Positions 40,661-52,347 of a stretch of DNA of 64,000 bases are shown here, in pieces. The translations under genes were made by a program, and so were the position numbers. Below the pieces are notes generated by a model. That model did no database searches, was not told the origin of the DNA, and saw only the letters and a list, made by a program, of their open reading frames with translations. The stretch is taken from positions 99,820,001 through 99,884,000 of the forward strand of contig OZ024744.1 in the NCBI GenBank assembly GCA_964016885.1, given 5' to 3'. Source of the DNA: Eledone cirrhosa. Lineage: Eukaryota. Within the stretch, counting starts at the first letter, position 1. Every line of letters begins with the position of its first letter.

Positions 40661-40699
40661 ATATATATATATAATATATATATATATAATATATATATA

Positions 40700-40910
40700 T
40701 ATCTATCTATCTAAAGCGGGTAAAATTCCCGAGATCCATGGACGAGTTCTCTCCAGCGGTCTCTGTCCCTCATTATCGCTGCCATATCCTGCATCTCCAA
40801 CAGACCAGTGTCTGTCCTTAGGGCATCAACATATGTTAACCTTGGTCTTCCTCTTCTAGTGTGTCCATGTAGGGGCTCCCAAAGGAGCACTGAGTGCAAT
40901 GTCAACTCAA
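40700..40910 (-). mobile_element. RTEX-like LINE 3' end
   Basis: ORF 40711-40905 is nearly identical to 24164-24358. Confidence 0.85.
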
Positions 40911-41035
40911 ATATATGTATATGTATATATGAGAAAGAGATATAGAGGAAGAATCAACACCCAGTACTAAACTGGTATTTTTTTTATCAACCTTGAATGG
41001 ATGAAAGGCAAAGTGTTATGTATATGTATGCGCGC

Positions 41036-41088
<53 letters not shown>

Positions 41089-41185
41089 TGTGTGTGTGTG
41101 TGTGTCTGTGTGTATGAGGTGCGTCAGAAAAGAAACAGGACTGGCGTCGGAAAAAAGAATATTTCAAACCCAAACCAATAACTAC

Positions 41186-41545
41186 TGTGGCGGTTGTCTC
41201 CCTTGTTGTGACTCACAACCCCAATAGATTAACAACATCTAGACGGGAAGTAGAACCCTTTCTGTAACTTCCGGCAGAGCCCTATAAAACGAATAGCCTT
41301 CGGCTCTCTCCCTCTCATTTGCCCTTCCGGCGCCTGGCCTTAGCCAGGCGTCTTCTGCCAGCCGCGTTTGCCTGGCAATCAAAACGGTAACTACTAACTT
41401 TGCTTCATTCTATCATCTATTTCTTTGACATGTCAACTATACTGTTCTATATATATCCATGATTGTTAATTAAATATTATACACACAAACCATGTCTATG
41501 TCTCCTTGTTACATTCATACAACCCAGTATCTTCGCTATACTACA
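41186..41545 (+). mobile_element. Candidate solo LTR
   Basis: TGTGG...CTACA ends, internal TATAAAA and ATTAAA; no clear target duplication. Confidence 0.4.
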
Positions 41546-41559
41546 ATAATCCCTTTCGA

Positions 41560-42150
41560 ATATTAAATGTCATAATAAAAATAATATAATATAATTAATA
41601 ATATAATGTTTACAAAACGAAAACACAAACACATATAGTTGCATAAACAACATCACAAATCGGTTGCAATTCTTTCAGAATGAAAATATAAACAGAGCAT
41701 ATAAATAAATTTACAGTAGAATAACGTAACAAATATGTTTTAAATATATACATAAAGAACATTACAAATGCTTAGACAACATTATAAATAGCTCGCGATT
41801 CTTTCAGAAAGATATAGTCTTTTAATGTTACAATATTAAAGAAAATGTAATGGAAGGGGTGAATAACGGAGCCAACACCAGAGCAAAAGACAGCAACGTC
41901 GCGATGAGTACCGGGCAACCTCTCTAATCATTTTTTAGGAAAGCCAGCACACTCGCAGCGTTGCCTCGGGTGATGGCGAGGCTAATGCCCTGGAACAACC
42001 AAGCGCCCTCGCGAGATTCGCCAGTTACCTCTATTAGACGAGCCGCCAGTGAAGAGAGAAACCTCGCAGTCAGCAGCCCAACTCCCCCAAATGCCTCAAA
42101 AGCCACAGGCTGAAAAATGTAGCTGGCCGACAGATCACAGTATTTCACAT
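41560..42150 (-). mobile_element. CRE-clade (restriction-like endonuclease) non-LTR element, 3' end
   Basis: KYCDL..YIFQPVAFEAFGGVG...GESREGAWLFQGISLAITRGNAASV. Confidence 0.75.
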
Positions 42151-42174
42151 GACAGATCACAGTATTTCACATGT

Positions 42175-42465
42175 CAGTCACCAACCAAATTACTTCTCTA
42201 AAAACCTGGCATTTCGAGCCACTTTTTTCCATATAAAACAGAAGTAACATTCAAACACCAACCAGATGTGAGGAAAACCACAAACCCTCCATCTCAATTC
42301 TACTTTTGAAAAGCACAAGAACTGCGAAATCGGTAAAGGGACCAAATAAATTTTTTTTTTTTAAAGACTCCATTTTCGATTTCATCTTTTTTCCTTATAC
42401 TTTCACTCGTGTAGGACACCTCGTTTTTTTTCCATTTTGTAAAAAAAAACCTCACTTTCTAATAT
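42175..42465 (+). mobile_element. Penelope-like pLTR with U3-A8 hammerhead (42303-42338)
   Basis: CTT-TTGAAAA-GCACaagaaCTGC-GAAATCGGTA-AAG then AATAAA; homologous to 14070-14370. Confidence 0.7.
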
Positions 42466-42487
42466 ATATATATATATAAATCTTTAT

Positions 42488-42532
42488 TTGCTGACAATGT
42501 TTCGTCCCATTAATAAGGACTCATCAGAGCAA
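42488..42532 (-). ncRNA. Canonical minimal type-I hammerhead
   Basis: TTGCT-CTGATGA-GTCCttattaatgGGAC-GAAACATTGTC-AGCAA followed by AATAAA. Confidence 0.85.
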
Positions 42533-42814
42533 GGAAAAAGACAAGAAGTATTAACGGCCAGAACAAGCCAAAACTCAGAAGAACAGCTAATGGATATTTA
42601 TGAAAATTTGGGAAAATTATCATGGAAAGACATGCTAAATCTAATAGGGTGCATTTGTAAATAAAGACTATAGGGAAAGAGAGCAGGCAAGACATTAAAC
42701 AAATCCACGTTAAAAGTACAATATAAGTCTAATATTTGAAATACAAGATGGTAATACAATGTGAGAATTATAATATACAATACAATACAATAGATAATAC
42801 AGAAATAAAACTTA

Positions 42815-42845
<31 letters not shown>

Positions 42846-43412
42846 CACATATATACATCCACACTCACTCTGACATATATATATACACATTTACACATAG
42901 ACATAATAACACAAATATAAATATAAGCATTATAATAGAATAATCACCCTGACGGTGTGATTAAACAATACCAAAATCAATGAAAATAATATATTGACAT
43001 TAAAAAAATATATAAAAATTCATCTTACGTATCATGTCAAGTCAACTAATTATGTATAAAAACATAATGTATTTCACAGGGTAAAAAATAATAATAATAC
43101 TGTGGGTATGGTGTGGCGTGCGGTGGCCGGAGGCGGGGGGAGTGCTCGACCGGAAGGGGTTTTGGGCCGGAAGGATGCTCGACCGGAAGGGCCAGCAGAG
43201 GGCCTCTCTCTAGTGGTGACCAGCACACGGTGTGGACGCGAGTTTTGGGCAGCTCCCGGTGTTAAGCAGTTGGACGCACGCGGAAGAGGAGTACCTGCAG
43301 TGGAATTTAGCGGCGCCTGTGAAAAGCGGTAAGTGAGATAGCTTTTTCTAACCACAAGCTATTTCATCGACTGAAAAAAAAAAAAAACACTTGCCACAAA
43401 ACAAATCAGAAG

Positions 43413-44174
43413 ATGGCGACAAGACTACGGATGAACGAAGCTATCAGGGCATTCACCGGGGAAGGTGATGTTGTCGCTTGGCTGCGGAAGGTTCGGCTGG
43501 TCGCAAGCTTGCAGAAGATAGAAGACGTGGCGGGCCTCATGGCATTGTACCTCGAGGGCGACGCGTTGGTACTCTTCCTTGAGTTGGACGAGCACAGCCA
43601 AAGAGATGTGCAGAAGATTGAGAGGCGTCTGATGGATGCATTCGCCGAGGGACCGTTGGCGGCTTTTGCTAAGCTGGCGAGAATCAGGTGGAATGGTGAG
43701 CGCGTCGACATTTTCGCAGCGGAAATAAGGCGGTTGGCTATGTTGGCCGGTTACCAGGCGGAATGCGAACGCACGGTGCGGTTGGCGTTCATCAATGGAT
43801 TTCCGGACGACATAGCGGTGAAACTGCAGCAAGTCCCGGGGTATAAAGAGATGGAAATGCGTTCACTGGTGGAACAAGCCCGGATCATAGCGGGAGATGC
43901 CAAAAAGAGTGTTGCGGCGATAGCGACTACGGAGGCTCAGGACACCTGGCAGCGAAATGGTGAAAGGGAGGCAACCTCGGCACGCGGCCGTCCGCGTGAG
44001 TTTAGGGGGCGCTGTTTTAGGTGCCAGGGCCCGCATATGGCTAGAGACTGTAGAGAGTCGAAGCCGGAGATAATTTGCTACCGGTGTAAGCGATCAGGCC
44101 ACATCGCTACTAACTGCGACCAGGGAAACGATCCAAGGGGAACTACTGCGCCGGTAGTTGCCCCTTACGAGTAG
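43413..44174 (+). CDS. gag: Retrotransposon gag (open frame)
   Basis: FTGEGDVVAWLRK; CFRCQGPHMARDC; CYRCKRSGHIATNC. Confidence 0.88.
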   Translation: MATRLRMNEAIRAFTGEGDVVAWLRKVRLVASLQKIEDVAGLMALYLEGDALVLFLELDEHSQRDVQKIERRLMDAFAEGPLAAFAKLARIRWNGERVDIFAAEIRRLAMLAGYQAECERTVRLAFINGFPDDIAVKLQQVPGYKEMEMRSLVEQARIIAGDAKKSVAAIATTEAQDTWQRNGEREATSARGRPREFRGRCFRCQGPHMARDCRESKPEIICYRCKRSGHIATNCDQGNDPRGTTAPVVAPYE

Positions 44175-45310
44175 CGGCGCTGCCCGTGGTGGAAGTCTTC
44201 GTGAGGGGGAAGCCACAGCGAGCCCTCGTGGATACGGGCTGTACGACGACACTAGTGACCGCGGGGGTGGCGCAGAGGTGGGGAGGGAAGAGCAGCGTAA
44301 GGGCAGTCGACGGCAGGAAAATTGTATGCCGAGGTCGCAGCGAGATGGAAATAGCGGTACGGGGAAGGACGATAAGGCTTTCCGCCATCGTGGTAGACAG
44401 TGTGGTGGATGGGATCGGCGTGGTTATGGGCATGGACGCGATTGGCCGTCTAGGGGGCGTCACGGTGAACAATGTCGGTGTGTCGTTTGGCGCCGCTGCA
44501 TCGGTATGCGCTGTGAGTGCACGTCATGAGAACCAGAAGGCCCACGAGGAGGAATACCCCGCTTACACTGTACAGGACAAGGACTTCAAGGCCGTGTTTG
44601 ATGGGCAGCGATGGGTTGTTGAGTGGTACTGGAAGGGAGAACCACCAACACTGAAGACCAAAGTGGGCTGCTATCAACACACATTGAAGGGAAACGCTAG
44701 GAGCGAGTTCGAGCGAGAAGTAGAGAGATGGATCGAAGAGGGCATACTGCTTCCCTGGAAGGAGGAGGTGAAGTGCGGAGTATTGCCGTTGATGGCGGTG
44801 GTGCAACCCACGAAGAGCAAGGTGAGGCCGATGCTGGACTATCGGGAGCTGAACGAGCACGTGTCATGCCACACGGGTGGCGAGGTCACGGATGTCTGTG
44901 GGGAAACCCTGCGTGAGTGGAGACGCATGACGGGGGGTTCAGCGATCGTGGATCTAAAGTCGGCTTACTTGCAGTTGCATATAGATGAGAAGCTCTGGCG
45001 GTATCAGCTGGTCAGGTATAAGGGCCGGACATATTGCCTGACCAGGCTCGGTTTCGGGCTGAGCTCCGCACCGAAGATCATGGCGGCGGTCCTCAAGACC
45101 GCTCTGGGGAGGGCCGACAAGATAAAGAGGGCTACTAACTCCTATATTGACGACATCCTAGTGGACGAGTCGGTGGTGTCGACGGCGGAGGTCACGAGCC
45201 ATTTGCGGAGGTATGGACTGACTGCGAAGCCATCAGAAGCATTGGAGGGAGGAGCCGCGCTGGGACTTAGGCTACGGCGAGATAAGACGGGCGTTTTGGT
45301 GTTCCACCGT
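44129..45310 (+). pseudogene. pol: pol in the -1 frame (protease and RT), truncated
   Basis: ALVDTGCTTT, KVRPMLDYRELN, VDLKSAYLQL, RLGFGLSSAP and YIDD. Confidence 0.88.
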
Positions 45311-46029
45311 AAATATACATCTACATATATAAAACTAAATACTACACTGTTTTAAGCTGTGATCATTGTATAAAGAAATTATCACACTACATCACCGTAA
45401 ATATACATCTACATATATAAAACTACATACACTGTATACAACACAATAACGACCAAATCAAATAACACCAGTTTAGACTTCTCCTTTTTCTACTCCTCTT
45501 CCTCATGGATGTTATCCAACCATCTTTCTCAAGGTCTACCCCTGGGTCTCCTACCAGTTGGTTTTGCCCGTAAAATCTGTCCAGCGATTCTTTCCTGAGA
45601 CATTCTAACATGCTCATAGTACCGGAGCTGTGATCTCTCAATTCAGAGAAGTAGCGGCTCTACCTGGAGTGACTCCGAGTTCCGCACTTTATCGAGTAAC
45701 CTTTCGGGGGGACCCCATTTCGCGATTGTATTCTTTCAATCATTACCCAAGATTCGTGACCATAGGTAAGGGTTGGCACGAATACTGCTGAATTGAAGAT
45801 AGCAAGTTTGGCTTCTTCTTCTTCTTCTTCAAAGGGTTCCCCGGAGGCACAAAATCCGCTGAAAATGTTTCCCTTCGATTTATATGAAATTTTAACCAGA
45901 GGTAAATGATAAGTTATAATACCTATTCACAAAATTTCAGCAAATTTCAATAATATTAAGATACTCTAATGGGGGTTAAACCCCCTATAGTGAACATTTT
46001 GACCAATAAATGGAACAAGATGTGTTGTA

Positions 46030-46710
46030 ATAAGATTGCATGAGAACTTGATTGAAACAACCATTATATTCGGGGCTTACAAAGGTCAAACTCTTCTCAT
46101 TCCGAAGATTCCATTTATACCAAGTGATAGCGAGTTGCCTTTTACATTTAAGAGGCTGCAGTTCCCAGTGAGGCCATGCTTTGCCATGAGCATCAATAAG
46201 AGTCAAGGTCAAACTTTCAAAACTATTGGTATAGATCTGACAAACCCATGTTTCAGTCATGGCATATTTTATGTGGCTGTTTCAAGGACTGGAACTTCAA
46301 AAAACCTCTACATTTTAGCCAATCAAAGAAAGACAAGAAATGTTGTTTACCCTGAAGTTCTTCATTAGGACAAAGTAATGAAATATATTTTCATGTATTT
46401 ATTATGTTAAAAAATAAATAATTAAACTTTGAATTTCTAATTTGAAAATAATGCTTTACACAAAAATTAAATGATCAAGTTTTGAATTGATATTTTGAAA
46501 AAAAATGATTTACAAGAAACAAAATAAGAATAAGATTTAATAATGTAATTTTGATTTGATATATTACAAAAAATGTTTTCCAATTTTTCATGCATTACAT
46601 TTTATATTGAGTAATATTGAAATGCAGAATTTTTCTCCATAAATTATATCACTGATTTAAAATCAACCATCATTTTCTTACAAAATGCAAGGCGCGGGTA
46701 ATTCGGCTAG
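46030..46710 (+). mobile_element. Helitron 3' end with PIF1 helicase C-terminus
   Basis: LPFTFKRLQFPVRPCFAMSINKSQGQT...CFSHG..YVAVSR; terminus GCGCGGGTAATTCGGCTAG|T. Confidence 0.88.
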
Positions 46711-47164
46711 TAATATATACAAAGCAGGTAATATACACATCTAAGATCCCATACAACACACAAGCTGGTCTAAGACCATATATGATCTATATCATGAACA
46801 ACTAAATTCATTCAATCTCTACGAGTCTGATCGTTTGACTGAATTTTATCCACTTATATAGGTTTAACTTTTCCAAGACTATCGAATCACTGCTCGAACT
46901 TGGGGCTTCGAAAACTAGCTCATGGCGTTAACAAATATTTGTTGAGAATCTTCACCGAAAAAAATTGGAAGAAGCAAAGCGATAGATCATTTTTTTTGTT
47001 TTTAAATTATTTTTTCCGTGTTTTCTTGTTCTTTTCTCTTGCTTGTAAATGCGTTAACACAACTCGTGTGTTGTAAGAATGGTTGGGTTACTGCAGCGTT
47101 AAAACTCCAGTGTGTGGAAGCCAGGTTAACAGAAAAGAAATCGCATCTTGTTGAGAGATGTACT

Positions 47165-47489
47165 CAGGGCCAGCGCTACGATATAGGCAAACTAGGCAGC
47201 CACCTAGGACGCTGGTTTCGAGAGGGCGCATTTTTCAAAATCAACAACAATTTTGAAAAATAAATAAATAAATAAATTTCAGTTTTATTAAAGATCATTT
47301 TTTTTTATCCTGGTTTATTTCGTACAGGTAAAAATAAATGTTGAAAAAAATCTTTTTTAAATTTTAATTGTTTATAAATTTTGAAATTGATATTTCTTGA
47401 AGGTGTGTGTGTGTGAGAGAGAGAGAGAGAGGGGGGGGGGGGAGAATCTAACCTTGCCTAGGGTGTCAGATAGTCTAGCATTGGCCCTG
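47165..47489. mobile_element. hAT-type MITE
   Basis: TIRs CAGGGCCA/TGGCCCTG; 8-bp flanks GATGTACT and GATATACT. Confidence 0.75.
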
Positions 47490-48173
47490 GATATACTGAC
47501 ACCAACCGCATAATTTTAAGACGCAAAAGAAATTTGGGGAATTACTTGGCTTTTGTCCGGAAAAGACTTTGATTAATTGTAAGTAGTTTGATGTTCCACT
47601 CCGTGAGGGTCACCATTTTAGTGTTGTTCAGGGTCACAATTTTAGTGAATTGGGCATAGGGTTATTCACTCCAGTAAATACCACTACATGCCAACCACTA
47701 ATTTAATTTGTTTAGAAGATGTAAAAGAAATGACGATGCAGTAATTGAAACATGAATGAATACTTCGGAAAAGTGTATCAGTAATGATTTGCATTTATTG
47801 AAGTAGCTTGTTACAATTTTGGTAGTGAAACGTACCTCGCGCCATGATGTGGTGTAATCCTGAGGGATAGGATAGGATTAGAAAAGTTTAGCATCTGTGC
47901 TTGGTGTGGTCAGTTCTAGAGCCGTTGGTGAAAGAGAGTGTATACCTTTGGCGTAACCATGCCTGGCCTTAAGGTCAGGCGGCCAAGAGGTGAAGAAGAG
48001 GTAGATTGTCCTTTGCTCCTTCTTTATAATCTCTGAAACGGAAGTTCAAGGAGTATTCTAGAAATTCTACGGGAAGTAACTTTGGCTACTTCCCTTTGTC
48101 TAGAGAGCGCTACAGGGTCAACAACGTTGAAAATATAAAGTGTGTGAAACATCCAAGAAAGACGAAAATTACT

Positions 48174-48362
48174 GCGGTGGATTGGCAGTATTGGTAGAGG
48201 GTCTGACGCCATGCTTTCCAACATAGTTACGTCCCTTTACGGTCTGAGTTCAAATCCCGCCGAGGTTAAGTTTACCTTTCATCCTTACGGGGTCGATAAA
48301 ATAAAGTACCAGTAATGTACTGAAATAATTGTTGGCCTTGTACCAAAAGTAGAAACAATTAT
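48174..48362 (+). mobile_element. tRNA-derived SINE (family B, Nin/Deu-type central domain)
   Basis: Box B GAGTTCAAATCCC and CCTTTCATCCTTACGGGGTCGATAAAATAAAGTACCAG; partial copies at 48800-48890 and 63515-63610. Confidence 0.8.
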
Positions 48363-48939
48363 GTAGGAAAGGAGTTAGAGAAGAAAATTAAGCTTAACTA
48401 AGTAGGTTTTTTTCTGTGTTGCCTCAGGTTTTTAAGGTTTTTATTATTTAAGGTTTTTTTTTGTTGGTTTTTTCGAATTGATTCTGATTTATTGCAAGAA
48501 TAGCACACCTTTCTTAAGGGCATTAGCATTGTTTGGTTCACAATGTGTCAACATTTGGAATCGTAATCGTTCCCCCACACTCGGCCTCACAAAGAATGAA
48601 TGGTAATTAGAAGTACAGAATATTTTACACTAAAAATAATATCAGTCGAGTGAAGATAATATTCAAATGATAATTTACCATCGGTTTAAAAAGAATCGTT
48701 AGTCTCTTTTAAAATTACAACAATTTCTTCGTAAAATATTTTCAATTGTTCGTTCAGATTCGGTGTGAAATATTCAGTTGTATCTAGAACATTAGCTACT
48801 GCCTTTCATCCTTACGGGGTGGATAAAATAAAGTACCAGTAATGTACTGGGTAATTGCTGGCCTTGTGCCTAAAGTAGAAACAATTATTATTTAAGGTTT
48901 TTATTATAATTTTAAATTATTATTTGCAATGTTATTTAG

Positions 48940-49720
48940 GCAGGTTTATCCAGAAGTGATGGGAAGAGACCAGACGGTCTTACCCTTTGTCCCTGGGTGA
49001 GAGGTAGGTTCCTCATCTAGAACGTCACAGTCAGTGACTCTTTTGCTCCCCCACACACAGACACACATCATGGACCCCGCGGTGAATGTGGGGGTCATTG
49101 CTTCCGCTACCGAACGTAATAAAATTTGGAAATACCAGTGCCTATCAAATTATTATTTTTTTCCAGCCTGTGGTGTCCGAGACGTTCGGTGGAGTTGGGC
49201 CGCTGACAGCTAAGTTCTTGTCATCACTGGGCGCTCACCTTACTGAGGTGTCAGGTGATGCCCGTGAGGGTGCCTGGTTGTTTCAGCGCCTTAGCCTCAC
49301 CATTACCTCACCCTACTGAGGTGTCAGGTGATGCACGTGAGGGTGGCTGATTATTTCAGTGTCTTAGCCTCGCCATCACTCGTGGTAATGCTGCAAGCGT
49401 GTTGGCTTACCTGAAATTGTGTAGTTAAACCATAAGGTGTGAGGTGCGGCCGATTATCACACTTGGTGGTGAATCCCCCCCCCCCCCCGTTTTTTTCTTC
49501 TTTTTTCTTTCCTTTATCATTTTTGTTCAATGAATTTATATAATTATGTTTTTATACACGGTTTAGACATATTTGTAATGTCCTGAACGAATTGCGAGCA
49601 ATTTATAATGTTATTTACACATTTGTAATGTTATTTATGTATATATTTAAAACATATTTGCAATGTTATTTTAGTGTAAATTTACACATTCGTGTTTAAA
49701 CAACTTTTCAGTAAATATAT
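48940..49720 (+). mobile_element. CRE-clade non-LTR element, 3' end
   Basis: DGKRPDGLTLCPW.RGR.LI*NVTVSDSFAP...FQPVVSETFGGVG...WLFQRLSL..TRGNAASV; internal duplication ~49240-49380. Confidence 0.8.
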
Positions 49721-49929
49721 ATATTTATGTAAATATTTCAGTTATTGATTTCTTGTTTTTGGTGGGTAGTCGCATGTGTTGCTTATGTTGTTGCTGATAT
49801 AAGGGGAGTCCTAAAAAAAAAACACGTCCGGCAGGGACGGCTGCCCTAAAACGGACTCACCTATACATCGAGTGTTCTAGTTGCTGAACCAATTTTAACG
49901 TAAAGTTACAAATCATTAATATATATATA

Positions 49930-50340
49930 CTAGCAGAGGTACCCGGCGTTGATCGGGTATTAAATAGCAGTTATGTATACCATTTATGTCAATACTTCTG
50001 TGCTACTTCAAAAATTATACTTTTACAAAATCATCGGCTTTTCCAAAAGGGGGTTCTTGCCCCCAGGGGTCCCCTACTCAATATGTGCCAATTCTGAGAG
50101 TTCACATTCATCTGTAGAACAAACGTAGCCCATGTGTCAAGTTTTGTGAAAATTGGTTGCGAACTCCAGAAGTTATGACGTTTTGTTGCATTGCACTGCT
50201 TCCAAGAAAGCGGTTAAAGGGGGTTATCTGCCGGGAGGCCCTATAATCAATATCTGGAAAAATGAAAGTGTCCATGACCATCCGGAGTACATAAGTAACC
50301 TATGTCTTAAATTTGGTGAAAATGCTGTAGAAATGCATAA
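49930..50340 (-). mobile_element. Non-autonomous Helitron-like element, 3' end
   Basis: Minus strand ends in hairpin TACCCG...CGGGTA followed by CCTCTGCTAG. Confidence 0.6.
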
Positions 50341-50837
50341 GGTTTACACGCGCGCGCGTTTGTGTGTGTTTGTGTGTATGTATTTGTGTGTGCGTATGTA
50401 TATGTATGTGTATGTCCGTCGGCGCATACATATGTACTGGCCTAAATCTTCACTGTTTACTTTTACTATTTTAATAACCTCTGACATTTTCGTTTACAAT
50501 TTTATTTACATCATTTTTAAACTCTGGGGCTGGAAATCATTTTGTTATTTTAAATAGAATATTAGTCTAACGACTCCATTTATACCATAAACTTGGTCTT
50601 GTCTTTGCATGAAATTGTTCTTCTCGGTCCACATAACGACGCATTATCCTCACTTGTTTTCCGTTCGTTGCCAGGGAACGTCTTCACGAACCAAAATATC
50701 GTCTTCCTGTTTTCCTTCGGTTGCAATGTTTCTCGAAATATTTACTTCTGCGTTCACAGATTGAATTTTTTAGTTTCAGAAGATCGCGTTAATGTTGAAA
50801 GCACCGATTCTTTGCTTAAACTTTAATCTGTTCTTAT

Positions 50838-50913
<76 letters not shown>

Positions 50914-51044
50914 GATAAATCTACCAAAAGTTTACGGTAGTGTCCAATCCGTATGAAGAACTCAATGTAATCCGGATATCATGGAAAGAAGAGATGCATT
51001 CAAAAATCACTTTCGGTGAAAGATAAACGGAATACAGAGTCAAG

Positions 51045-51354
51045 ATAAAATATTAAAAAAATAATGAATAAAACAATGAAACAGTTCCTTATATTAAACA
51101 AAAAAAGTTCATTATTTAACGATCGTTTCTAGGACATAATGATTATTTCTGAAGACGGCATATGTATGTGTTGGTATGTATATTCTATTTGATAGTTTGT
51201 ATAATTTTGTATAATTTTGTACATAGATCTGTTGAATATGCATGCCAATTCTAACACATATATGTCCTAGAAACGATCGTTAAATAATGAACTTTTTTTG
51301 TTTAATATAAGGAACTGTTTCATTGTTTTATTCATTATTTTTTTAATATTTTAT
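51045..51354. mobile_element. Fold-back with a long-stem-II hammerhead (plus 51142-51288)
   Basis: ATTATTT-CTGAAGA-[~115 nt]-GAAACGATCGTT-AAATAAT; arms 51045-51138 and 51261-51354. Confidence 0.82.
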
Positions 51355-51568
51355 ATATATATATATAATTGGAAATCAGTAAAATCGAATCTCTGGCGGT
51401 TTGCAAGTAAATTCGGCCTACTTATATGAAATGAAGAGTTAGCAAAGCACTCGATAAGATAGGTCTCAGAGTTATAACATACGTTTAAATAGCTTGACAA
51501 ATCGAACATTGTGGTAGGCTAAACTAACACACAATATATACCAAAGGAACGATAGAACTAATCAGGAT

Positions 51569-51602
<34 letters not shown>

Positions 51603-51605
<3 letters not shown>

Positions 51606-52062
51606 AAAGTTTTATTTAAAATTGTTGGGATACAACAAGTAAATATTTTATAACTGATATAAAGCACTCGACAAGTTTTGGGAGTAGATATACGATATTA
51701 AATAAATGGAAACTATATTTATAAAACCATATTTATTTCATTATACATATTTCAGGGATACCAAATTAAAATATGGCATGCCTTCGTCAGGTAAAATACA
51801 ATATATAAACAGTTTTATAAATAATTTTGACGTACCCTATTATAAGCGACCATTATTTTTGGAAGCTGTCTGTCTGACTATCCAGACAGCTTCCAAAAAT
51901 AATGGTCGCTTATAATAGGGTACGTCAAAATTATTTATAAAACTGTTTATATATTGTATTTTATCTGACGAAGGCATGCCATATTTTAATTTGGTATCCC
52001 TGAAATATATATAATGAAATAAATATGGTTTTATAAATATAGTTTCCATTTATTTAATATCG

Positions 52063-52067
<5 letters not shown>
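51603..52067. mobile_element. Fold-back with a hammerhead in each arm (plus 51959-52019)
   Basis: TTTTAT-CTGACGA-AGGCATGCCA...TGGTATCCCT-GAAATATATATA-ATGAAA; ~185-bp arms and ~10-nt loop; same family as 61168-62100. Confidence 0.88.
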
Positions 52068-52106
<39 letters not shown>

Positions 52107-52347
52107 TGCGTCTTTTGTGTGTGTGTGTGTGTGTGCGGACATAAATATATATAACACACACACAGTCACAGTACGTCTTGTGTGAAAGAGAGAAAGAGAC
52201 GTAATGTTGAGGAAAGGGGAGAGTTGAACAGTGTGTAAAGAATAGATAAATAAATAAAAGTTAAAGTTCCTCACTCTCTTTCTTTCTTTCTCAACCCCAA
52301 AATATATTTTAATCGAATATTATTTTCGTTTTATTATTAATGAAACA

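Larger units (their letters stand above)
43101..45310 (+). mobile_element. GC-rich Ty3/Gypsy-type LTR element, 3'-truncated
   Basis: LTR TGTGG...CCACA (43101-43398); gag with two CCHC-type knuckles; slippery site G GGA AAC at 44123; protease and RT; breaks off at ~45310. Confidence 0.9.
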
